64,000 bases of DNA, taken from positions 114,428 through 178,427 of the forward strand of contig JBBTTO010000003.1 in the NCBI GenBank assembly GCA_038064195.1, read 5' to 3'. The DNA comes from Patescibacteria group bacterium (GTDB lineage: Bacteria > Patescibacteriota > Microgenomatia > Levybacterales > UBA12049). The notes under the pieces were generated by a model that saw nothing but the letters and a program-made list of their open reading frames with translations, was not told the DNA's origin and ran no database searches. Below are positions 10,628 through 20,124 of the stretch, piece after piece. The translations under genes were made by a program, and so were the position numbers. Numbering within the stretch: the stretch's first letter is position 1; every line of letters starts with the position of its first letter.

Positions 10628-11196
10628 TAGTTTGTAAGAGTAATAGTGAAGGGATTATTTTCTGGTTTTTCACCGTATCCCCAAAAAAGAGATTTAAATC
10701 CATCCCTAGGAGGAGGCGAATGATTTACATTTTGCAGGGTTGCTATTATTCCGGCTGGAATCGAAACTCTCAAGCCATTTATATATTTTTTATCTTTTAC
10801 TTCGTCTGGGTCTATATATATTAGGATTTTTACATCATTATTTCCCACTTTCGAGATCAAACTAAAGTTAGTAATAGGTATTGGATTGTCTGCACTTTTA
10901 ATTGTTCGATATGTATTGAGGGGTCTAATTTTGTTAGTTGTCTCAAGTGTGATTTTAGATATTTTAGGTGTTTTAGGGTCTGACTTGATTGCTTCTTTAT
11001 TCCAATCTTTCAATTTTCTCTCAAATTCAGGCGAGCTTTTGTATTGAATAGTATAGTTCTTACTGGTATTTTTGATATTTATAAAATTGTTACTCTTAAC
11101 TACAAAGAAAAGTAAAAAAAGATTGATTATTAGTAAAGATACGAGGATGCTGATTAAAATAATATTATTAACTTTCATTTTAGCAAAAAGATGCAC
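10627..11196 (-). CDS. hypothetical membrane-anchored protein (AT-rich)
   Basis: N-terminal TM; stop overlaps the start of the next gene. Confidence 0.7.
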   Translation of the reverse strand: MHLFAKMKVNNIILISILVSLLIINLFLLFFVVKSNNFINIKNTSKNYTIQYKSSPEFERKLKDWNKEAIKSDPKTPKISKITLETTNKIRPLNTYRTIKSADNPIPITNFSLISKVGNNDVKILIYIDPDEVKDKKYINGLRVSIPAGIIATLQNVNHSPPPRDGFKSLFWGYGEKPENNPFTITLTN

Positions 11197-11241
11197 TCTC
11201 CTTAAGTGTATAAATCAGTATTTGTAAAGTCAAGAAAACTC

Positions 11242-11270
11242 TTTACATATTTCTTATAGAGATATACTAT
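11242..11270 (+). promoter_or_regulatory. sigma70-like promoter P1 of duplicated leader module (copy 1)
   Basis: TTTACA-N17-TACTAT; near-identical copy on the minus strand at about 14969-14997. Confidence 0.6.
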
Positions 11271-11320
11271 ATGTAAAGTATCTACTTCGAGTAGGAATAA
11301 TTTGCTCTACTATATTCATC

Positions 11321-11392
11321 ATGAGAAAGAATTTTAAAGAACTATTGCTGCATTACAGCTTAGATTGTATACCGCCCATACGGCGGCGATAG
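11321..11392 (+). CDS. conserved 23-aa peptide MRKNFKELLLHYSLDCIPPIRRR
   Basis: paralog of identical length at 14848-14919 with synonymous codon differences. Confidence 0.7.
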   Translation: MRKNFKELLLHYSLDCIPPIRRR

Positions 11393-11534
11393 TCTTATGA
11401 AAAAGAGACAGCAGCCTATTATTTCCTCTTCTTCTCCCTCTCTGCTCTCTCTTTTTTCTTTTTTCTCCTCATCTTTATCGGCAGGTATTCCCCGCCTAAT
11501 TCCCGATTTTAGCCTCAGCGAGCATCCCATAGGC

Positions 11535-11563
11535 TTGACATTAGACCTATAATATGTTAACAT
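11535..11563 (+). promoter_or_regulatory. sigma70-like promoter P2 (copy 1)
   Basis: TTGACA-N17-TAACAT; copy 2 reads TTGACA-N17-TAGGAT. Confidence 0.6.
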
Positions 11564-11592
11564 TTGAAGCTTAGCACCTTAAAAAGCTAGCT

Positions 11593-11711
11593 TTCGTAGG
11601 AAGTTATTCGACCAGCAGCCTCTGTTTGATTATGTATATTGTTTCTCAATTGCGAGATGATAATTTATATAGTCTTCAGATTGTCTCCTGTTCGGATCGT
11701 CTTTCTACGAA
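11593..11711 (+). ncRNA. about 120-nt rod-like structured leader RNA, copy 1
   Basis: near-continuous stem; compensatory changes versus copy 2. Confidence 0.7.
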
Positions 11712-11869
11712 TTACTTGACAATTTTTGCTCTGATCTCCGATGTTAGATCGGTGGCTTTGTGCTCATAAAAGTGGGTACAAAGCTACCGGTCAACGTACC
11801 TGCCTTACCGGTAGCATGTCTTTGGACTTTTTGTTCGAATAACGCCCGGTGACGGGCAAGGAGACTTCG

Positions 11870-12640
11870 ATGAACCGCCGTAACCTTTTCTCGATCGTTT
11901 TCTCGTTCGTTTTCACGTTGTCGTTGTTTGGTTCGGCACTGGCCGATGACCCCAAGGTGGCGCCCGTAGTGGCGACTCCGGAACAGGTCACCTTGACGAC
12001 GAAGACTCTCGCCGAGTGGGCGACCCTCGTGAGCGATCACGATCCGGCCGCGCTCGACATGATGTCGAAGAAGGCCGTCAAGGCCCTCTTCGGCACCGAC
12101 GACTCCGCGACGCTCGTGCAGTACCTAGCGATCAAGTTCGAGACCCAGATCTATCCCGTCGATGATGGGACGGTCACAGTCCCGAGCGAAGGGCAATTCG
12201 CTGCGACCGTGTCCTTTCGTGGGTTTTACACCGCGATGGGGTACTACACGGTGAAGCTTCGCTTGGTGGATAACGGTGGGGAGTTCCTCACCATCGACTC
12301 GGCGAAGCTCAGCTCTCCGGTGTTTCCGGAGGGCACGAAGCCGACCACGATCAAGCTCACCATCGCGCCGGATGTTCCGGCGGTGCTCTCTACCAATGGA
12401 CTGGATGTGTCGGACTTCGTCGTCCTAAGCATTGTGAGCACCGATGTTCAGACCCACGTCATCACCCTGGTCAAGCCGGGCAAGAGCCCGCTCGACCCAG
12501 CCAACTGGCTTGGCATGGCGATCATTAATCCCGAGAAGAAGGGGAAGATGGGTCTCGCCGGCCTTCCGGCTGGCACGTACGACGTGATCGACAGCACCAT
12601 GGCCGCCGACATCCTCGTTGGCCAGATTACCGTCAAGTAA
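11870..12640 (+). CDS. GC-rich secreted protein with twin-arginine-like signal and possible cupredoxin-like C-terminal domain
   Basis: AAGGAG SD; MNRRNLF signal with ALA cleavage site; GLPAGTYDV. Confidence 0.8.
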   Translation: MNRRNLFSIVFSFVFTLSLFGSALADDPKVAPVVATPEQVTLTTKTLAEWATLVSDHDPAALDMMSKKAVKALFGTDDSATLVQYLAIKFETQIYPVDDGTVTVPSEGQFAATVSFRGFYTAMGYYTVKLRLVDNGGEFLTIDSAKLSSPVFPEGTKPTTIKLTIAPDVPAVLSTNGLDVSDFVVLSIVSTDVQTHVITLVKPGKSPLDPANWLGMAIINPEKKGKMGLAGLPAGTYDVIDSTMAADILVGQITVK

Positions 12641-12664
12641 TTCAATTCACCGCAAAGTGCGGTA

Positions 12665-12715
12665 CAAGAAGGACGAACCCCCACCGAATCCCGGTGGGGG
12701 GCGTTCTCCTCTCCT
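12665..12715 (+). terminator. 3' GC hairpin / terminator-like
   Basis: cccccaccg/cggtggggg stem followed by a pyrimidine tract. Confidence 0.6.
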
Positions 12716-12751
12716 TAAAAAGTGAAGAGAGAAGAACGCCAACCATAGGTA

Positions 12752-13726
12752 ATGCTAATGCCCATAAGTATGAATAAAGATTCTGGACCAATACATATAA
12801 GCAGTAGTGATCGCATGTCTCGCCGAGCTTTTTTGGTTGCTAGTGCAGGTGTAGCAGCAGGTGGTGCTTCTGTAGCCGTGGATGTAATTAGAGGCATGCG
12901 ACAAAACCCTCCTGCCATTGAAGAAGTCCCTGAACCGACTCCAGAAACAGCTCCTATTAATTTAGCACCTGATGGTGCATATTATTCTTTACTAGTAGAT
13001 GATGAAGCAAATAGTCTCATGGGTGAGACTGGGGTAGCGCTAATTGATAAAGAGATGCAGAACTTTGCTGTTTTTCATCCTAAGACCACTATACGAGTCA
13101 GTAAAGAAGGGGGCGATTTTACTCCTGAACAATTTCTCTATTCAGGAGATGCGTTAGCTAAGCTTGAGGTTGATATCCCATTTGTTGTCCTACGATCTGT
13201 TCTTGAGCGTGTGCTAGCAGAAGCACAAGAGCCAACGACCCTTAATGGTGCAAAGCTGAAAGCACTTGGTGAATTTGCATTATTTCATCAGACTGTAACT
13301 GATAATGACCGAGCTCTGGATATCTTTAATCCTGCAGGGAATGTAGAATTATCGGAAGATGCCGCTGCCTATGTTGAAGCTTATAAGTCATGCCTTTATG
13401 ATCCCTTATCTTATTTTGCAGCAGTTGGAACGACCATTTATCGTAATACACGTCATCTGGGTCCAATAATTAATAATATTCCTGACGAAGCTGTACAAGA
13501 ATTCACTAATTCAGTCGCAGCAGCGCAAGGTACTCCTACAGTAGTTCTTCATGAGTCATCTGATAAAAAAGTATCGAGGAACACTGTTATCTATGAGAGA
13601 GATCTTTTACGAGCCTTGATTACCCCCTATGGTATTAAAGATTCTACTGAAGCCGATGAGTCAATCGAAGAGTCTATGCACGGTTTTCATCAGCTAACTA
13701 AGGAATTAGGAATTGATGAAGTGTAA
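12752..13726 (+). CDS. hypothetical exported protein with Tat-like signal (start uncertain)
   Basis: SRRAFLVASAG motif; 324-aa ORF. Confidence 0.75.
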   Translation: MLMPISMNKDSGPIHISSSDRMSRRAFLVASAGVAAGGASVAVDVIRGMRQNPPAIEEVPEPTPETAPINLAPDGAYYSLLVDDEANSLMGETGVALIDKEMQNFAVFHPKTTIRVSKEGGDFTPEQFLYSGDALAKLEVDIPFVVLRSVLERVLAEAQEPTTLNGAKLKALGEFALFHQTVTDNDRALDIFNPAGNVELSEDAAAYVEAYKSCLYDPLSYFAAVGTTIYRNTRHLGPIINNIPDEAVQEFTNSVAAAQGTPTVVLHESSDKKVSRNTVIYERDLLRALITPYGIKDSTEADESIEESMHGFHQLTKELGIDEV

Positions 13727-13867
13727 AGCGTTTTAAATTGATTTAAACCCCACTCCACATATTTTTTGATCGAGTTCGCAACAATAGAGTATAAGTTGGT
13801 AGACATTACTATTTCTGCAGGCACTAGCGTTGACTTTATTTTAATAAATGGTGAAATTTTTGGCATG

Positions 13868-13900
13868 AAAAAGCCCCGCACATAGCTATGGCGGGGCTCT
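13868..13900 (-). terminator. intrinsic terminator
   Basis: agccccgc/gcggggct stem followed by a T run on the minus strand. Confidence 0.7.
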
Positions 13901-13948
13901 TTCGTCTTGTCCCCATAGGGGATGCGAGTTACTTCGAGCGAGCACGAC

Positions 13949-14395
13949 CTAGTCGGCCGTGGGTGCGTGGGGGTACCGAACCGCCCATTCCGTGACGACG
14001 AAATCGTCTTCGCTGGTTCCCGTCAGGTGGAGCTCATCGTACGAGAGGGCGCCCTCGTGGCTGAACCCCGTGTAGACGATCCGGATATTGAGCTCATCGT
14101 GCAGGTCGAAACCGACGTACGGCAGCGCGACGATCCCGGCGCTGACCGGAGTCTCCGGCAGCCCGACTCGTGCTTCCGGCGCGACCATGTCGATCCAGCT
14201 CGGATTGCCGGATGCTATCTTTTCGAAGAGCTGCTTCATGAACCACTCGACGCTCGCCTGTAGCTCGACCGAAGGGGTCGGATTGGGGCGGGCGGCAGTA
14301 GTAGTGGAGCGAACTCCTCCGATTGCGGCGGCGGTGAGGCCACCGGCTATCGCAGCGAAACGACGACGACTAACTATAACAGTACTACCGTTCAT
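13949..14395 (-). CDS. GC-rich hypothetical exported protein with Tat-like signal
   Basis: GAGGAGG SD 5 nt before the ATG; SRRRFAAIAGG. Confidence 0.7.
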   Translation of the reverse strand: MNGSTVIVSRRRFAAIAGGLTAAAIGGVRSTTTAARPNPTPSVELQASVEWFMKQLFEKIASGNPSWIDMVAPEARVGLPETPVSAGIVALPYVGFDLHDELNIRIVYTGFSHEGALSYDELHLTGTSEDDFVVTEWAVRYPHAPTAD

Positions 14396-14530
14396 GCATG
14401 CCTCCTCGGCTTGTGAGCTTGCGCCCTTGTGCCAATTGCTACGGAAGTCCCGCGCATGATCGACAACTTTATAGCGAGGAAATTCCTCAGCCATGAAGTT
14501 GTCGATCAGAAGACAAAAATTTGAAGTAAC

Positions 14531-14647
14531 TCGTAGGAAGACGATCCGAACAGGAGACACCCAGACGTTCATACAATTTGTCACCTCGCAATTGAGAGAC
14601 TTTTTATACGAACAAGCTGAGGCTGCTGGTCGAATAACTTCCTACGA
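14531..14647 (-). ncRNA. about 120-nt rod-like structured leader RNA, copy 2
   Basis: homolog of 11593-11711 with conserved basal arms and apex, covarying mid-stem. Confidence 0.7.
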
Positions 14648-14847
14648 AATATTAACTTGTAAATGAGCGAACCCGTGTATCCTAATCTATTATAGGACAG
14701 CTGTCAAGGTTATGAGACATCACAAGCTCCGGAGTTAGAAAATATGAAAGGGAGCCTGAGGCTAAGCGGATTAGTGAAGAGAAAAAAGAGAGAGCAGTGG
14801 AGAGAGAAAAGTAAAAAAATAGTGGCTGCTGTCTCTTTTTCATAAGA

Positions 14848-14919
14848 CTATCGCCTCCGTATCGGCGGTATGTGATTCAGCCAGTAATGCAGTCTGAGCT
14901 GATTAGAATTAATTCTCAT
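14848..14919 (-). CDS. conserved 23-aa peptide MRINSNQLRLHYWLNHIPPIRRR
   Basis: paralog of 11321-11392. Confidence 0.7.
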   Translation of the reverse strand: MRINSNQLRLHYWLNHIPPIRRR

Positions 14920-15377
14920 ATGATTATAGTTGAGCCAAACGTTCTCAAAAGCTTTTTCTATTTCAAATATAGTATATCTTTATAAGAAATATGTAAAGAT
15001 TTAATTAAAAGGATGAGTAGGCTGAGATATAAATACGCGAAAATTACGTATATCATGTAAGAATTTAGGAAGAAAGATAATTATAGAAAAATAGCAGAGG
15101 GAGGATATAGTCTGTAAAGATGTTGAAGAAGCGATATTGCCCTGACCTTGATTATAAGCAGTAGGTAAATATCCCGATTATGGTTGATGTGAATAAAGAT
15201 AAATGATTGAGGATTGAGGAATAATTGCATTCCCGCATTGTTGTATTGTCTTCATGTATTAGCCTTGCTTTCATGTTGAAAGTTGCAATAATCAGATTAT
15301 GGATGAGAGGCAGGAGCTTGACATCGTCTAGTCTCAGTGCTATAGCAGGCTAGCACTAGATAATTTCAAAACTGTAT

Positions 15378-16844
15378 ATGACAGAGCAAGATACGCAAGT
15401 TAAACTATCCCGTCGCGACCTTTTCAAAGCCGCGGGCACTTTTGCTCTTGGCACTTTTGTACTTGAAAATAAAGGGTTGCAGGTCGCAAGCGCGCAAGAA
15501 CAAGTCCCTACCGTTATTAAAGAGATATTCACCTCAGATCCTAAAGAAGTTAATAGTATGCAGCATGATCAGATCACGCTTATGAGTACTTTTGAAGACG
15601 AGTCTGGGGTATCGGCAATTCTTAATATGACACCAGATGGTGCACAAGGCATTCCTTCGCGCTTACAGCTTGCGAAATACGATGCTTCTACAAGCCAGTT
15701 TGGTCAATTTCAGGAGATAGGGAGGGCTCCGATGAATGACTCCGAGGCAATTGCCCTCTTGCCCGGTGAGACTGAACATACCCTTGGTATCCTGGCAGGA
15801 GTAAATGAAGGACATACTCAATTAGATGCAAATGGAGAGGCTGCTGTCCCGCGTCTATTTTTTTCAGGTGACGAAGGGAGAAGATTTGATGAAATTGATC
15901 TTACTGATCAAAATGGAGAGAAGCTATCCCATGGGATGATTTTAGACGTTAGACGAATTCCACAGTCTCGTATTGGCTTAGTTCAAGTAATTCTGCCTAA
16001 TAGAGAGACAGGGTATGGCATTGTAGATTCTGAGACTAAGCAGTATATACCAATTCCTAGTGAGTCGTCCGTGCCTATACTTGATGATATTACTCTCAGT
16101 AAGGACGGTTTAATCTTAAGTGGCGTAGGGAGAGTGGTAGAGCGTGATAGTGGTGGGTTTCAAAAATTAAAAGCAATTTCAAGGATTGAAATTGACTTAC
16201 AAACGAACACAGTTATAAGTAATTTTGAGATTTATCAGAACGATGAGGCTTTTGCATTTAAGTCAATGGGGGTGAGGCATGATGAGCAGGGGGATCCGAC
16301 AGTAGGCTATGCTGTACAAAAATATACGACAAGTCGCGAAGGAGATAGACATTACTATAAAATAGATCTTCAGACAGGAGAGGTACAAGCAGTTGACTAT
16401 GGCCCTATCTTAGACCAAATCGTCCTAAAATATGTTAGGCCAGAGCAATTTATGCCTAAGGAGCTTTTTGTTGGCTCATTTCCGGTGGTTACCAAAATAA
16501 CACCAGTTGCGGGGGGTAATTTATTTACCGGTAGACTTCAAATACCTCAAGCCGGTTCACACCCAATGGCTGTTTTTATACCTGAAGGAGTAGATCCAGT
16601 TAATGAAATTGATAAAGTTATTAACTGGCCTTTTAACGAGTTGCGTATTTTCCCGGGGGAGATAAAGCAAATTGAGATAGCTTCATTCCCTTCAGATCCT
16701 TTTGCGAGAAATCAGGAATCTCCGGTTCCAAATCATGGATTTCTTTTGAATATGAGTGCCTGTGGACAAGCCTTTATCCCCACAAATGAAAAATATGAGC
16801 CGATCGGCAGTGAAGTTCTGTATGCAATTAAAAGCCAGGGATAG
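15378..16844 (+). CDS. hypothetical exported protein with Tat-like signal
   Basis: LSRRDLFKAAG...ASAQE; promoter TTGACA-N17-TATAGC upstream. Confidence 0.8.
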   Translation: MTEQDTQVKLSRRDLFKAAGTFALGTFVLENKGLQVASAQEQVPTVIKEIFTSDPKEVNSMQHDQITLMSTFEDESGVSAILNMTPDGAQGIPSRLQLAKYDASTSQFGQFQEIGRAPMNDSEAIALLPGETEHTLGILAGVNEGHTQLDANGEAAVPRLFFSGDEGRRFDEIDLTDQNGEKLSHGMILDVRRIPQSRIGLVQVILPNRETGYGIVDSETKQYIPIPSESSVPILDDITLSKDGLILSGVGRVVERDSGGFQKLKAISRIEIDLQTNTVISNFEIYQNDEAFAFKSMGVRHDEQGDPTVGYAVQKYTTSREGDRHYYKIDLQTGEVQAVDYGPILDQIVLKYVRPEQFMPKELFVGSFPVVTKITPVAGGNLFTGRLQIPQAGSHPMAVFIPEGVDPVNEIDKVINWPFNELRIFPGEIKQIEIASFPSDPFARNQESPVPNHGFLLNMSACGQAFIPTNEKYEPIGSEVLYAIKSQG

Positions 16845-16928
16845 GAGGTTGACTTGACACCCCGGGGAATTTATCTGTCAGTCCGAAGGGGGAGGTCTGA
16901 GTCATCACAAGAGGAGAGATTAATCATA

Positions 16929-17501
16929 TTAGGGGATGATGATATATCCTGCGCTTTCCTTTTTACCGTCACAAGTGTATTGATAGAACTTTCCTTTAGT
17001 GAACTGTTGACTGGTAACTTTTTGAAATTTGTTCCCTTCTACAGAATATTTCCATTGAGTATTGTCTATAAATTGTAAGGTGTGACTCGTTGCATCATCA
17101 TTTTGAAGATAAAACGAGTCGGGAGTGATAATCTGGGCGACGGTCGGTGACGTCGAGCAATTTTTACCAATAAAGACGCTTGATGTTCCGCGTTGGTTGG
17201 ATGTGAGTAATGCTATTTGTTGCTCATTATCTTTCCCGGGGGCGCCTGTTGGTATTTCACGAATAAGCCTGACTTTTGGAGTCTCTTGTTCGACCTTTTT
17301 TATTTTTGATGAAATAAGATCAGGTGTGGTTGTGGGGAGATTATTTTTGCTGGAGAAAATTCGGTAACCTGTATAGAGTGTTAAGCCTAGTGCAATAAGC
17401 AACATAATTCCCAGAGCAACAAGCACGGATTTTTTGATATAGACAGTTTTATCTTCATGGTTGAGAGAAGATTGAGAGGGAGCTTGAGTTGGTTCTTCCA
17501 T
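16929..17501 (-). CDS. membrane-anchored hypothetical protein
   Basis: single TM; C-terminal beta domain with two Cys. Confidence 0.7.
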   Translation of the reverse strand: MEEPTQAPSQSSLNHEDKTVYIKKSVLVALGIMLLIALGLTLYTGYRIFSSKNNLPTTTPDLISSKIKKVEQETPKVRLIREIPTGAPGKDNEQQIALLTSNQRGTSSVFIGKNCSTSPTVAQIITPDSFYLQNDDATSHTLQFIDNTQWKYSVEGNKFQKVTSQQFTKGKFYQYTCDGKKESAGYIIIP

Positions 17502-17566
17502 AGATACTATGTATCATAGCATAGATATATTGCAGATTTAGCTCGAATAGGATATAATTACGCTTA

Positions 17567-17620
17567 TCACACACATCTGGCTGATGTTCCTGCTAATACA
17601 GATTTGCCAGATGGAGGGTC
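17567..17620 (+). promoter_or_regulatory. rpsB (S2) leader-like structure
   Basis: CACACAC-ATCTGGC...GCCAGATGGAGG hairpin upstream of rpsB, resembling S2 autoregulatory leaders. Confidence 0.5.
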
Positions 17621-17662
17621 CCGCCTTCGTCCCGATAATATCGGGACTTCGGCGAGGCGAAG
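17620..17662. repeat. REP-like palindrome (CCTTCG..GTCCCGAT/ATCGGGAC..TTCGGCGAGGCGAAG)
   Basis: related copies near 31107, 40913, 41915, 44567 and 45058. Confidence 0.65.
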
Positions 17663-17674
17663 AAGGAACACACT

Positions 17675-18589
17675 ATGCGTAACGTAACACTTGAAGAATT
17701 ATTGGAGGCCGGTGCTCATTTCGGGCATCAGGTAACTCGCCAAAACCCCAAAGCTCGGGACTATGTCTTTGAAGCTCGCGACAATATCCATATTATTGAT
17801 TTAGCCAAGACCAAAGAAGGCTTAGACGAAGCCGCTGCTTTTGTTAAGTCACTGGCTGCTAAAGGTGGAACTATGATTGTTCTTGGTGCTAAGCGTCAGG
17901 CAGAGCCGGTCGTTCGCGAACAAGCCAAAAGAGTTCAGGAAGCAGGTATCGACGGATTGTATTTTGTCAGCAATCGCTGGATCGGCGGCATACTCACCAA
18001 TTTTCCGGAGGTCAGTAAGAACTTCAAACGCCTCAAGGATCTGGGTAAATTTATGGATACTCCCTCTGAAAAGGCCCGTTTTACCAAAAAGGAAGTTTCG
18101 CTCATGGAAAAATCTCGTCAAAAGCTAGATAGTTTTTATTGGGGGGTGGCTGACATGACTCATATTCCTGATGCTGTTTTTATCATTGATACTCATTTGG
18201 AAGATTTGGCAGTCCGTGAAGCTATCGCGACTAAAGTCAAAACAGTCGGTATCACCGATACGAATGCCGACCCGACGATTATTGATTATCCGATCCCGGC
18301 TAACGATGATGCTGTGGGATCTGTACAGTTGATAGTTGCGCATATCATTGATGCGTGGATTGAAGGTCGTTCTGCACAGCAGAATGCAGAAGGCGGAGAG
18401 GTAAAGGGGACAAAAGAGACAAAAGCTCCAGTAAAAAAGGATAAAGAGGCTGAGAAGATCGTCGAAGCTGCCGAAAATGTCGATGACAAAATGGAAAAAA
18501 CAGTTGAAGCGGAAAAAGATCTGAAAGCGGTTGAAACTCCAGGCAAGGCTCCGGTGAAAAAAACTACCAAGAAAGCAAAAGCAGCATAG
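17675..18589 (+). CDS. rpsB: 30S ribosomal protein S2
   Basis: LLEAGAHFGH, RWIGGILTNF, DTNADP, IPANDDA. Confidence 0.98.
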   Translation: MRNVTLEELLEAGAHFGHQVTRQNPKARDYVFEARDNIHIIDLAKTKEGLDEAAAFVKSLAAKGGTMIVLGAKRQAEPVVREQAKRVQEAGIDGLYFVSNRWIGGILTNFPEVSKNFKRLKDLGKFMDTPSEKARFTKKEVSLMEKSRQKLDSFYWGVADMTHIPDAVFIIDTHLEDLAVREAIATKVKTVGITDTNADPTIIDYPIPANDDAVGSVQLIVAHIIDAWIEGRSAQQNAEGGEVKGTKETKAPVKKDKEAEKIVEAAENVDDKMEKTVEAEKDLKAVETPGKAPVKKTTKKAKAA

Positions 18590-18621
18590 CGCTAAGCGCT
18601 TTGCTCAAAGCGAGAACAAAT

Positions 18622-19077
18622 ATGGCCAACGCAGATATCGCATTACTCAAAAAACTCCGCAGTGAAACTTCAGCAAGTATCTCTGATTGTCGAAATGCTT
18701 TAGAGGAGACGGACAATGACTATAAAAAAGCCGTTGAATGGCTTAAAAAGCGTGGTCTTGAGAAAGCTGCCAAAAAATCAGATCGTGAGACTAGTCAGGG
18801 TTTGGTTGAAGCATACATCCATAATGGCGGTAAAGTCGGAGCGCTTGTCGTCCTTCTTTGTGAAACTGACTTTGTTGCTCGCACAGATGAATTCAAAAAT
18901 CTGGCTCGCGAGATCGGCATGCAGGCCAGTGCCATGAATCCTGAAAGTGTCGAAGCACTCCTCAAACAGGAATATATCCGCGACGCTTCCCAAACGGTTG
19001 AGGATCTTATTAAAAATGTCATCGGCAAGCTTGGCGAAAATATTACGCTCAAGGAGTTCAAGAGATTCTCGATCTAG
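18622..19077 (+). CDS. tsf: elongation factor Ts (short form)
   Basis: KKLRSET, LLCETDFVAR, KLGENI. Confidence 0.95.
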   Translation: MANADIALLKKLRSETSASISDCRNALEETDNDYKKAVEWLKKRGLEKAAKKSDRETSQGLVEAYIHNGGKVGALVVLLCETDFVARTDEFKNLAREIGMQASAMNPESVEALLKQEYIRDASQTVEDLIKNVIGKLGENITLKEFKRFSI

Positions 19078-19115
19078 ATTGTTGCATCAATTTATTATTA
19101 GCGTATAATTGACCC

Positions 19116-19673
19116 ATGGATAGCTTAGAAAACCTCAGACAGCAGATTCAAAAAGTCCTGGATCTTATCAAAAACGATATCAGTTCCATCCGTACAGGCA
19201 GAGCAGCGCCCAGTCTTATTGAAAATATCTCAATTGTGACATATGGTGGTTCGACAAAGCTTCGAGTACTCGAGCTTGCGACAATCGCTGCAACTGACCC
19301 TCAGACTCTGGTTATTACTCCCTTTGATCAAAGTACAAGAGAGGATATCAGAAAAGGGATTGTTGATGCGGGAACTGGTCTTAATCCAACAGATGATGGT
19401 CATATCCTGCGTATCACCATCCCGCCACTTTCCACTGAGCGTCGTGAAGAACTCATCAAGATGATGAATCACAAATTAGAAAACGGGAGAGTTATGATCA
19501 GACAAGCCAGACATGAGGCTATGAATGATATCAAAAAACAAGCTGAAAGTGATGGGTTATCTGAGGATGATCAGAGTAGGCTTGAGAAAGAAGCGCAAAA
19601 AATAGTTGATGAAAGCATTGCGACCATCGACGGCATGGGCAAGCAAAAAGAAGCAGAACTTTTGGCTATGTAG
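19116..19673 (+). CDS. frr: ribosome recycling factor
   Basis: IRTGRA, IPPLSTERREEL. Confidence 0.97.
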   Translation: MDSLENLRQQIQKVLDLIKNDISSIRTGRAAPSLIENISIVTYGGSTKLRVLELATIAATDPQTLVITPFDQSTREDIRKGIVDAGTGLNPTDDGHILRITIPPLSTERREELIKMMNHKLENGRVMIRQARHEAMNDIKKQAESDGLSEDDQSRLEKEAQKIVDESIATIDGMGKQKEAELLAM

Positions 19674-19715
19674 CCAAAAGTTCTCGGAAGGCGCGTAGCG
19701 GTTAGCGCAAAGCGT

Positions 19716-20077
19716 ATGGCATTTCGATTTGAAGAATTAGAAATATGGCAACTAGCAATAGCCTATACAAATAGCATTTATCTAATTTGTAAAACATTCC
19801 CCAAAGAAGAACTTTTTTCCTTACAGGACCAACTGAAAAGATGTGCTGCTTCTATTGCCGCCAATATTGCCGAAGGATCTGGCGCCAGCTCGAGAAAGAC
19901 TTTTGTCATTACCTTGATATTTCAATTAAGTCAGTCTACGAATCCGTTTCTCATTTGTATATTGCTAAACAACAAGGTTACATCAATGAAGAACAATTAG
20001 CAAAACTTTATGAAGATGCCGATAAGCTCTCTCGTAAGATACGTTCATTTAAGGCTTCCTTATTAAGGAACGCTTAG
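19716..20077 (+). pseudogene. four-helix-bundle protein, frameshifted near 19895
   Basis: FEELEIWQ..DQLKRCAASIAANIAEGSG continues in another frame as KDFCHYLDISIKSVYE. Confidence 0.8.
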
Positions 20078-20124
20078 CGCTATGCCCTTTGCGCTTGGCG
20101 AGCTAGGTGTTATAATGATCCCTC

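Noticed and set aside
11535-11553. TTGACA-N7-TATAAT promoter
   Set aside because: The spacing is not viable; a 17-bp-spaced -10 exists further downstream.
11593-11711. SRP (4.5S) RNA
   Set aside because: Similar size, but no apical GNRA with the CAGG/AGCAG loop, and it is present twice as a gene leader.
11241-14998. Invertible DNA switch bounded by the inverted repeats
   Set aside because: The copies are patchily diverged with structure- and peptide-level conservation, and no invertase is nearby; they are better read as paralogous leaders.
7353-20077. Diversity-generating retroelement (Avd-like genes)
   Set aside because: No reverse transcriptase and no TR/VR pair seen.
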